Under the pieces are notes generated by a model. It searched no databases. It was not told the DNA's origin and saw only the letters and a program-made list of their open reading frames with translations. The position numbers were made by a program, and so were the translations under genes. A DNA stretch of 59,717 nucleotides, the filler included, from Sluysia triapertura (Eukaryota), in assembly GCA_046118255.1 (NCBI GenBank). It is 5 parts of 5 records of this genome, joined end to end, with 100 filler letters (N's around TTAATTAATTAA, not from the genome) between each part and the next. Parts side by side here need not be neighbours in the genome. Positions count along the whole stretch, not along the records: positions 1 to 10,857 come from JBJNIA010192550.1; 4 more parts are not named here. One strand, given 5' to 3'. Each line of letters starts with the position of its first letter. Position 1 is the stretch's first letter. This document shows, one piece after another, positions 1 through 10,957 of this stretch.

Positions 1-461
1 ATATTTTTGGTCAACGTAACAAAGAGTGATTACGATTACAATAAAATTCTTTGGTAACAATAACTTTAAGGAAAAACATAACAGTAATTTCTAAAGATAA
101 AATACTTAATATTTTGATAGATTAAATTGTGTAGGGAGTTTCTTTTCAATTCACCTTAAAATAGCTGAAAATCAAATATAATTTAAATATAATCTTTAAC
201 AAAAATTACGTAAAAAGTTTCTCAATTAATTATCTTAAAAATAGTTTCTTAGCAAAAATTACGAAGGGAGTTTCTTATCAATTGTGAAATTACTGCCAAA
301 ATTATTTTTGCTGCCAGCCAGTTAAAAATAATTGTGTTCAAGTAATCTATATTATGCTCCGTTAAAAATTATTTTGAAATTGAAAATTTTGTGAAATTAT
401 TTTTGTGTACTATTATTTTGTATACAGAAATTTTATTTGCCAATACTACCAATGAGTGGTC

Positions 462-757
462 ATCCAACTAGAATCGTGTACAAGCAAACACAGTGATAAT
501 TGATCTGGTCGGATTGCCAATAAGTGAATACAAATTATAATTATATTCAACTCCAACCACCATCAACTACGACAATGAGGCATAATGTAAATTAAACATG
601 TCACTGTTGATGATGGCGGTAACTGAGTTAATGAATTAGATTTTGGCATTGACAAAATGAAATAATTAAAAACAAAATGGTAATAATAACAATAATAACA
701 AAATATTATTATTATCAACTACACAAACCTTTTATATTTAACTTAACACGATCTTTC
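462..757. repeat. Two-hairpin leader element, copy 1 (hairpin A 462-514, hairpin B 557-616, ACACGATCTTTC motif 746-757)
   Basis: Inverted repeats ATCCAACTAGA/TCTGGTCGGAT and CCACCATCAACTACGACA/TGTCACTGTTGATGATGG. Same order, similar spacing and same orientation as 8762-9098. Confidence 0.7.
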
Positions 758-2502
758 TTGTAACTCTTTACTTACTTAACATATTAAAATATTAAAACTC
801 ATAATATAATTATTCTTTTACGATGTAAAATGAAATATAAAATGTTTTAAATGAATATAGGTTAGTATAGCTTTTAATATGTTCAAAAGGTGGTTATACG
901 ATGTTGAATTCTAATTTAAATGATATTGTTAAGGATGAAAATTAATATATTTTAGATGAATTTCTAGTGTTATTTAATGGTTTGAGATATTATTGTAGTT
1001 TGGATATTATGAGGTTCTGTATTTAGTTGATCTTAACAGTTGAAGTTGTTTTTAATGAATGTAAAAGAGATAGTTGTGGAAATGTTAAAATGTTTATAAT
1101 TATGGTTTAATTTAGTGTTATTTTATGTTTATTTTGGGTATATTTGTAGGGAATGTCTACTATGGAAATTGGTTGACCACCACAATTAAGCCTTTTCTTG
1201 CATGAACTCGATCAAACCATGCCTTCATCGAAAGGTCTTTTCAAAACAAATACATACACAGTTTCAATTTCAACACAACATTCCGCATTCAAAAGTTATT
1301 CACAAAGACGTACTTTTTCCTAATTAAGTTAATCAAGATTTTTTATTAATTAATCTATTTTTAGACTTAATCTTATTTTATGTTTAACGGTTTTATTAAG
1401 GTTCTAAAGTTATTTAGTAGTTTATAAGGCATTCAGGAGGCTCTAGATTTTTCACCTTCACCCCTCTGATTCCTTTTTCTACTTCTTCATGTTAATTAGT
1501 ACTACAATGAACTTATCTTTATTATTTTGAACAAAGATTTTATTTCTCAATCATTTTAAAGATTTTACACACTTTATAATATTATTCAAAGATCTCAGAT
1601 GTTTATCAAGGTCTCAAAAATACTTAAAGCTACTAAGGTATTGAATGATCTAAAGGTTCTAAAGTTTTTCAAGTCCATCTCAAGCTTCTACAGGTCTTTG
1701 GAACCTTAAAATATTCTTTAGTTGTTAAGATTATTATAAATGTTTTCTTTTTTTGTGATTCTTATTTCAACAATGTTTATAATACTTCATCTATTACTTC
1801 GCATCAAATCTTCCTTCATTTGTAATTCTGTCTTTTACTCTTCTCCTAATCCAAAGTTGGACAATCCCAACATAAGGACGAATATTTCGAATTCAGATTA
1901 AGTATTAATTTTCTATTTATTAATAAATTAATGCTTATTTTTCATTTTCAGGAAAATCCATTCAGGATGTTAATTTTTTAATTATTTTGTTTTAATTATA
2001 CTAATAATAATTATTATAATTATTGTTTTGCATTTATAATTTCAGAAAGACATTCCCCAAACAATATTTTTTATAATACTTCTCAGGAAGATTTGGTCCA
2101 CAAATCAACAAGCAATATAACAAAAATCAAAATAGTATAAAAATGTCAATGTAACAAATCATTAAACAGTATAAGTAGATAATAAAATAAAAAAATGTTA
2201 GTGTAACAAATCACCAGTGTTAATAAATCATCAGAGTCAATTGATGTCGATGAGGAACCGGGCAAGCTTTCCGCATGCGCGTCGTCAGGCAATTCGAGCA
2301 ATTGAGATTGATCGGTATAACGATCGTTGAATTTGGTTGTTTTCAGATGACGAATGGTAGTTGTGGATGGACGACCACCGTCGGTAGCGATACCAGTGTT
2401 GAATTGCAATGATTGTAATGTCGTAGTTGCTGGGTTAAGGAAAGGGAAGGGGGAGGTAAAGAACAAGAAGGTAAAAATTTGAAATCTTTTTCCGGATTAA
2501 AA

Positions 2503-3381
2503 TCAAACGAGATCTGTCGTTAAACGAACACAATTAAAGCGAGGAAGCGCGGGATATATCAATTTTAGAGTTTGCCCGGATCGAACCAGAATATCAGTGG
2601 AAGGCAGAGAAAGCAAATTGTGATTATTCAAATTTTTAAGCCTTTTCGACCAACCAAAAGGAATACAGAATGTGTCATTTATCAAACTAGGATCCTGTCA
2701 TGTAAGAATCCCAAAAAAGTACCGACGAAACTCGTCGATGTCTTTTGTTTTCGATAAGTCTTCCTCTGCCAAACCGTGCAAATCGTGTTAAAAATTACAA
2801 ATTCTTGTCCTTGGAAGTATATTACTTGGAATAAGATGTATAATCTAGCTGGATGATTTGCGGCTTATCCTTAACATCAATGGCGCGATAGAAAACTATA
2901 AAGATGTTTCTCTTCATCATAGACCGATAAAGGAAGCTCGTGGGTATGAGACACTCCTGCGAGATTAAATTTATCGTTTTTATATAAATTAGACAGGGTT
3001 GTATCAACGGAATTGGAAAAATAAAGGCGATGAAGCAAGGAAATTCTTGAGCCTTGTGTGCAAACTTACTAATTGCATAGTAGCTAGAAAATAATCTCGA
3101 AGAAACAACAGAAAATGACTAATGTGGTTTTAAGATTCCCCCGGACCATAGATATACAATGAATCAAAAGTCTTAGGTGCTTTAGTTAATTCATTAATAG
3201 TAATCTGAGATTTATTAGGTGTTAGACTAAAAATGTGGGTGGCCAAGTTAAGATTTAAATCGCTTTTTAATCTATTTAGAGTGTGTAAAAAGGTAGGATT
3301 AGATTCCAGAGTACAGAACTTATCAATATTCGTGTAAAATGTTCTAACTTGATCCAATAACTTGACTCGAGGTTGGTCCAT
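2503..3381 (-). pseudogene. Decayed superfamily-3 (SF3) helicase, virus/Rep-like
   Basis: Colinear motifs across frameshifts: KTFDSLYIYGPGES-(fs)-KTTL (Walker A), DKFNLAGV...LSVYDEE (Walker B), IDVKDKPQIIQLDY (B'), HLIPSN (C), YPALPRFNCVRL (Arg-finger-like). Confidence 0.65.
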
Positions 3382-3650
3382 AATTCATTAAATTAATCGA
3401 ACAGAATAATAAAAAGAAAAATATACAACTATAAAATATTACTAAATTTTTGTAAGTGTCTTAAAATTAAAATTATTTTAAGTAAGGGGTTAAGTATTTT
3501 TTGCACACTGATTTTCTTCATATCGTTGATCTTATAAAAGCGTTTAAGCTGCCAACCACATCTATTTCTCTTTTAAGATTTAGTGAGTCCAGGTGTAAGA
3601 ACAGGTCGTTTTAATATGCGCATCAATATTCTTATGTACTATTAGATAAA

Positions 3651-3881
3651 CAGCTAAACTTATTGTTCATTCTTTGATAACTAGCAACACAGATTTTAAC
3701 AATGGTTTGTTGGACTCAATTTCATATAGAAAAGTGAAAAAATAAAAAATCAAGCAGCAAGACTAATTCTCCAAGTTGGAAGATCTAATGTAACACCTTA
3801 TTTCAAAGAATTACATTGGTTGCCAATAAAAGCAAGAATATAATTCAAAATAATGACAATAATTTACAAATGCTTATATAG
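3651..3881 (+). mobile_element. L2/CR1-type LINE ORF2 3' fragment
   Basis: Translates with disruptions to AKLIVHSLITSN...NQAARLIL...TPYFKELHWLPIKARI.FKIMTIIYKCL. Related copy at 30830-31200. Confidence 0.8.
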
Positions 3882-4497
3882 GGAAATCACACAAAATTCA
3901 ACACACTTCATCACATAAAAATATTTCACAAGTACACAGATTATTAAACAAAATACTAAACTCATTCAATAAACAAACATAATCATAGCACATAATTATC
4001 ATGAACTACAGCTATTATTATTACAATTCAAATCGTATTAAACCATATATAATAATTATAGTCATTATTGTTATATAATATGATTATCAAATAATAACTT
4101 TTATAATAACTTTTATAATAAATTTCATAATAACATTTCATATCAACATCAACAATGCCAGTACTAATAAACATAATAACCACGTTATTGCTATCATTAT
4201 TATTTCTTTTATCTTTAGTATCAATCTTTCTTTTTCCATTTTAATAATATGTATACAAGTGTCAATCTATAAAGTTCGTATTTAGTATCTGTTATAAAAT
4301 TTGTCTTTTAATAATTACATTTCAACTTAACTGTCTCATAGAAAGTCAATTATTCGAATACCACGTTCGCAAAAGATATATGTTCGACAAATTATTAATG
4401 AAATGATAGTTTTAATTATATTAAGTATAATCCACATTACGATAAATAATAAATTCTTAAATAAAAATGGTAGTTATTTTTGAAAATGAATGTACTA

Positions 4498-6150
4498 CTA
4501 CTGGACTTGACAATCAAAATACGCTTTATTTTGTATCACTTCTTTTTTAAGAAGACATTGCTGACTTATTGTGCTACTATTTTCTTCTAATACAGGTACT
4601 AATTTCATTCTTGATTTACTCACAGAATTACTACATTCATTTTTATTATTGGTTTTCTGTAATTCTGTTTTTATTTCATGGACAGTGTTTCTATCTTTGT
4701 TATTATTTTTTCTGGATTCTTTATTAGAAAAGCTGCTATCATTCAAATTTACATTAATTGTTTGATCAATTATATGCTCGATATCCAGACGTGTAGAACC
4801 CGAATTTCAATGGTATTTAATCTAAAAGGCAAACATCCACATTCTATTATCAATTCATATGGCAACACTACTTCGTTTCTAACAATAACTATAACTTCGT
4901 CTGTTAAAGAAAAACTGATCGTGATAGTACTTCAATATCTCGACCTCTCGTAAAATTTGGTAACTGCACCTCATAAAGCTTATTTTCATAATTTAACAAA
5001 ATCGGTATCGTTATATGACTATCTTTCCGTAACCACATTTGTCCTATAGTTCTAAGAATAATTTTTGCTTCTAAACAATAAGGATGTGGAAAATTTACTT
5101 GTTGCATTAAAAAATTTACTACTTTTCCATTGTTCATAATTGATTCTAATGGAATTGTATCCATTAGCGCATATATATGACGCACTTTCTCGTCACTTAT
5201 CAAAACTTCATTATTTTGCAATTCATCTTCAAATTGGGATTCGATTAGTTTATCAATATCAAAATTATAATCATTATTAACATTACCATTATTATCATTA
5301 TTTTGAATACTATAAGAGAGTGGAAATTTATCACTTATAACTTTATTCTGTTTTGTAATACCTCTAAAACTTTGCTATAGTTTAACAATATCTTCTCGTT
5401 TAGATCTTTTAGCGCAGTTCAAGGCGTTTTCGCCATCTGCATTGGTATGATCTAAATGCAAATCAGGTCTGTTAGGTATTAAACTTATTATTTCTAAATT
5501 AGCATTGCTAATTACCGCTAAATGTAAGGCTGATTGATTACTAATTAAAGTCTTTTCATTTATGTCTATTATATACTCATTATTTTTATTCTTTTTTAAC
5601 TGTACCAAAAATTGAAGTGATTCATTATCCTTTTCTAATATTGCTTTATATAAAATATTATAATTCATGTCTTGTGGATGCTGAAAAATAATGAATATTT
5701 CGTTTTCGATGGCAAATTCACATAATATTAAGTTTATTATATTTTATAGAATAAGTAAGTGGATTATTATCCTGATTATCCCATAGGCCTAGCCGACTAC
5801 CACTATTTAATAAACGATTAATGAACAAATCAGGCATATTACCTATTATATGTCTGATCAGCAGAATTTTTTAAATTTATTGCCCATAAAAGTGTTTCTC
5901 TACAACAGACAAAATTACATCGGCAGCTTCGACATGCTTTTTAAGTATCGCATTGTGCAGAGGAGTATAACCAGTGTTATCATGTAAGATAAATATAACT
6001 GGCAATTTATTTATTAAAGTCTCAAAGATATTATCTTTTTTATTACTTAACGCATATATATGTGTCCAAAATTAGCTACCTCCTTTATTATTAACTCAGA
6101 AACTTTATCTACCTTTAATAAATAATTAACATCAATATTTTATCACCAAC
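4498..6150 (-). pseudogene. Ankyrin-repeat pseudogene with an unidentified C-terminal domain
   Basis: DNTGYTPLHNAILKKHVEAADVIL, DNQDNNPLTYSIKYNKL, NQSALHLAVISNANLEII, TNADGENALNCAKRSKREDIVKL. ORFs 5375-5668 and 4904-5221 are in one frame, separated by a single TAG; frameshifts elsewhere. Confidence 0.8.
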
Positions 6151-6374
6151 CAAGCTCTCTTCCGAATGTTTATCAGTATCAGTTATCATGAATAAAATAC
6201 CAAATATTCCTTCATCAATTTCTTCACTCTTTTCTTCATCATTAATTTTCTGTCTTTTTAACTGAGTTGATAATTCTTTGACTATTTCTTTGAGACGTCT
6301 ATTTTTATTAGTCATAGTTTGCATATCCACACCGTACGAATGAAAAACAGGTATTTTATACTTTTTTGGAATCA

Positions 6375-7200
6375 TTTGGTGATCATCTCATCTGTTATTA
6401 GTTTTATTCAGTAACAATCTACACTTCGGTCAAGTATGTCCTTTTCTATTACAATAATAGCATATGATATCATTCTTAAACTGAACAGTTTTTCTAAAAT
6501 TAGAAAATTTACTCGGACGATAATTATTTCTGTAGTTATTTCTCCAGTCATTGTTTTTGCTGTAAAATTGACCATTGTTAAATTTTCTTGGTGGTGTAAT
6601 GGATATTCTTCTTTGTGGTGTTAACGATCTTCTGTTACCACTACCAAATCGATCTCTACTACGGCGTTTATTGGAAAAATCATTTTGTGGTGCCTGAGTA
6701 TTACCAATTATTAAATTAGGTGTTTTAATATCATATTGCTCTATTGGTTCAATATCAAAAACCATAAAAATAGCTTTATATGGAGTAATTGACAATCTAG
6801 TTTCCATTTTTGTGGCCTTTGATTGAATATCTTCTAAAGTTGCGGCAGACATATTAGTAATTCTGATCGAATCGGCTCCTTGCATTCATCCAAAAATTGT
6901 TGCACTATCAATTCATTTCTCTGGTCATGACTGAAATTTGGAAATGCTTTTAAAGCTAACTGTTTCAGAACAAAAATATATTGTGTAACGGATTTATTTG
7001 TTCCTTGCATTCTGTTTCTAAATTTCCTACCATTTGTAAATTGAGTATCCTTCGTGAACAGATGATTTTCAAATTCCTTAATTAAATCTGTCCATTCCAC
7101 GTAAATGTAATGAGAATCTCTCCCATTGTTTTGCTTCATTCCAACCATAAATTTTGGAGCTTATTTGGTATTGATTGATAAATTGGGAACGGCCATGTGT
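6375..7200 (-). mobile_element. Ty3/Gypsy gag remnant with CCHC zinc knuckle
   Basis: YGWNEAKQWERFSLHLRG; WTDLIKEFEN...RNRMQGTNKSVTQYIFVLKQLALKAFP...IVQQFLD; CYYCNRKGHT*PKC (CX2CX4HX4C with an internal TGA). Confidence 0.85.
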
Positions 7201-8645
7201 TTACCATCGTAAGTTTGGGGTTTTAATTTGATAATGTGTTTTATACCAGACTGGAGTTTTGACATCGCTGAATGTCAAACGTCTATTTGAGTGGTCATGT
7301 AATTTATACAAGGGCATATATACAAAATCTCTACCAGAATTATTAAACCTAAGTGGTGGCCTCACACTCCTGACAATAGACTTACAAGATGGGATAAGAA
7401 TAATTTCGAGATCATCAAAAATTTGCAATTTTGATTTATATTTTTTTATTCTTGATTAATTTTAATTGTTTAAATAAAAGTTTAATAAATACATGTTTAT
7501 AAGGAATCAATAAACTAAAACATAATTTATTGATGAATACTAATGTTAATATACAAGTTTTGTTATCAGAAATAAATTCTAAAACTATGTTTTTGATAAT
7601 GTTTACGTATGGTAGATTTGCCACTGCATCCGTTAATTCGTCATTGGACCAGGTATTGGGATATATTCTAAAGAAATTATAACATGAAGTAGGTATTGAA
7701 AGTAAATAAAATAATACTTCACTATATAATTATTTTGTATAAACTTCTTCATGAAATTAACTTCATTCCTAATTAGGTTGGCTTCAGTAACATTGAATTC
7801 TTCTGTGGTTCGTAGCAGGATTGTATCAGTTTTAAAAGTATAATCTGCAGATTGTGGCATTAAGCTATTTGTTACTAAAATTGTTAATCTCACGATTAAT
7901 TAGAGCATTAGATTGGTAGAATTATTTTTATCATTACTCGACTGATGTAAACGAGTCATATGTTCGATAAATTTACTTAAATTAAGAGGATCTAAAATGT
8001 GATTGAAATGATAACTGTAGGATAGATTCAAAATACAACTAATCGAATAGAGCTGTTGATAGAATTCATGGAATTTGGTGTTGATTACCGTCATGACATT
8101 CACATTTCTCATTTCGTTGTTCTTATTATTCCAACTGGAGTTCATAGCATAAAGCTCGACATGACGCGTTTTGCAGCTATCAAATGACTTGTAATCACGA
8201 ACTTTAACTAGTATGCACGGAACATGTTCCAATCCACGATACATGGAATAATAACGGTTTGAATCAATATTTTGATTAATAGGTTTTAATATGCTTGGAG
8301 CAAATTCTAATGTAGAATACATAGTATAACAATAGCCTGACACTTTACTCATCGACTCTTTAAATGTTTCCAAAGCTTCATGATACTCGGAACTTGGAGA
8401 ACTGTGTGTTTTTAAGGATCTAGGATACTTTTTATTATTTGTAAATTTATTTTTGTATTGTTGACAGAACGACGAATCACTTATTTTACCATAAGTTCGT
8501 TTATCCAATGCATTAGCAAACTCTAATTTATTTTGTTTGTAATGTTTATTAACATAAACTTCATAGCATCTTTTTTGTTTGGCTTTCGTTTTTCTTGTTG
8601 TTCCATTGCTTCATCTATATCCGATGCTTCAGTATCATTAATCAT
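7201..8645 (-). pseudogene. Decayed orphan gene (ORF-X) with a probable 50-nt intron and an F-box-like segment
   Basis: ATG at 8645, frameshift, then ORF 7900-8508 in frame with 7633-7893. A GT-AG intron at 7717-7668 joins it in frame to 7436-7624 (LPYVNIIKNIVLEFISDNKTCILTLVFINKLC). Confidence 0.55.
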
Positions 8646-8761
8646 GATATTATAATTCTTTATAATAATAGATTTATTTTGTATATAGTAGTCAAAAATC
8701 TTTTTTGTTTTATTACTTATAAATTTTTGTACTTATTTTTTTGCCTAATGTTCTATTGGTA

Positions 8762-9098
8762 ATCCAATCAGAGCTTTGTAGTAAGAATGAAGAATTATAA
8801 TAAATCTGATTGGATGATTAGTTTAATTCACACTGAAACAATCAAAAGCAAAACTAAATGCAGGCAGCCATCATCGGTGTTGACGAGACACTGACAATCA
8901 TGATTAAAAACGTCGACACTGGTGATGGTGAAGACTATTTATGCAAAAATGTAGAACTTTGATAATTGTTAATTTAGCAATTAATAATAATAATGACAAT
9001 AATGTTATTATTATCATTATTATCATCAAAACAAAAAAGTAAAATTATGAAATAATTGCATAAATTTTCCTTCTTAGAAGATTACTACATGATCTTTC
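8762..9098. repeat. Two-hairpin leader element, copy 2 (hairpin A 8762-8815, hairpin B 8868-8928, ACATGATCTTTC 9087-9098)
   Basis: Perfect 11-bp inverted repeat ATCCAATCAGA/TCTGATTGGAT (contains CCAAT boxes). 18-bp stem CCATCATCGGTGTTGACG/CGTCGACACTGGTGATGG, fully paired with 3 G-U. Lies 120-280 nt upstream of the ORF-X ATG. Confidence 0.75.
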
Positions 9099-10857
9099 TT
9101 TCTTTCTTTATTATATTATTCTTACATATGAAGAGAAGAAAAAGATTGAATAATTTGATGGAAATGAGTGAAGTAACAATGATAACATAGTGTATACTGC
9201 TGGAGTTGTCGTTGTTATTTAGCTACATAAGATTGAATTTTTAAAATTATATTTGATTTGACTTGAAATCTTGAAAATTTTTTATCATGTTGAAAATATA
9301 TTTGAAGCTAAATTACTGAGTAAGAATTATTTTGAAAGATCAAATAAATATATTTAACTTTAAAAGATATGATGAATAAATTGAATCGAAAATGAAATAA
9401 AGGATGTTAGAATAAGTTCTTAAGTATTAAATGAAGTTTAAAATTAAAAATAAGGTTTAGTTATTGAAATATTGTGGAAAATTGTGATTTAATAAATTTA
9501 AGAACAATTGTAATGCAACTCTTTGTATATTTAAGGTGTTATGGAATGGTACCAAATGTAATTATGGTTTATGTGTTGTAGGTTTGTGCTTATGATTTGG
9601 TTTGAGCAAATAAACTATTGAATGAATATTATGAATTATTTGATATTAATTGTAAAGGTGCAGTATAAAATAAGGGGTTCGAAAGTATTAAATGGATTAT
9701 TTGGAATGCGTTTGTTGTTGGATTATTATGAATGTCAAGTAATGTTTCTGGTGAATTGGTTAATGTAAATTGGTAATGTTGTATATAATTGTAATTTAGA
9801 TGTTGTGGAATTGTGAATATAATTTGATTTTTAAAGAGTATGTAATAGATGGATGTATAACTGTTGGGGTGTAGTGAAAAGGGAAGGAAGAGAAGGTAGT
9901 TCTTAATAAAATCTTAGTGGTTATGAAGGTTGATCACTACATTAGGTACAGATTTTTTTGTTATCATTTAAATTTTTAATAAATAATCATTTCTCTTTCT
10001 TGAGCTTTTTAAATTTATTTTAATAAATGATAAGTTAGAAAATAATTAATTTATGTATTTTTAATATTTGAAGTGTTTAAATTTATCATTTTAAAAATAA
10101 ACTTAAATTTATTCGGTTAGTAGATAGAAATGTCAGTGCTAAACCAATCCAGGATAAGGGGGATACCTGGTTCTCAGGTTAACTTACATGTGCTTAATTT
10201 GAATTGGTACAGATCATCCTGATTAGATGACTATTTTATTGGTTGGAGTTAATTATTTGTGTTTATTGTATGGAACGCAGAGTATTTGCATATGTAATAT
10301 TCATTCATAATTAAAGTATATATCAAACTAATTCTCACTACAAACTAAATCAGACAGTAAATTAATTTTGTATTTAATTAATCTTCTGTTTAATTTAAGT
10401 TCAGGTATTATTTGAATGGTAATAATTTTAAATTTTGATATTGTTATGCTTGTCACAAATCCCATTATTTCTGAGTAATTGCTGGGAATGAATAAATGAA
10501 AATTATCGTCGAAATTTAATAACTAAAATTCGTCGGCTTTTAACAGATTCGAAAGAATAAGTAGTTGTTTTTATATTCCAATTTTTAATCTCAATTTAAG
10601 CGATCGCATTTTTGTTAAATATTCAGGCATAAATAGCTGGATAAGTTAGTGGTAAAAGAAAAGAACTTCCTACCAAAACAGCTGCTACACACATTTGTGC
10701 AAATAGTGTGACTGGGGCCCCATCTTTAGCAAATGATTAAAATTTGTAAGCGATATTATTATTATTATTGTTGTTGGTTAGTTAATCCACATTTATGTTA
10801 TATTTGTTTTGTTAAATACGGGCACTAACATTTTACGTGTTGTGTAACACCTCAATT

Positions 10858-10957
10858 NNNNNNNNNNNNNNNNNNNNNNNNNNNNNNNNNNNNNNNNNNN
10901 NTTAATTAATTAANNNNNNNNNNNNNNNNNNNNNNNNNNNNNNNNNNNNNNNNNNNN
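10858..10957. other. Artificial contig-joining linker
   Basis: N44-TTAATTAATTAA-N44; stops in all six frames. Confidence 0.97.

Noticed and set aside
5375-6432. Stop-codon reassignment or readthrough explaining in-frame TAG/TGA
   Set aside because: The same regions carry frameshifts, and intact genes (622-aa LRR, spliced exons) have no internal stops; decay is simpler.
10149-10170. CCAGG/CCTGG hairpin as an ncRNA
   Set aside because: Very short stem; no tRNA or snRNA motifs recognised.
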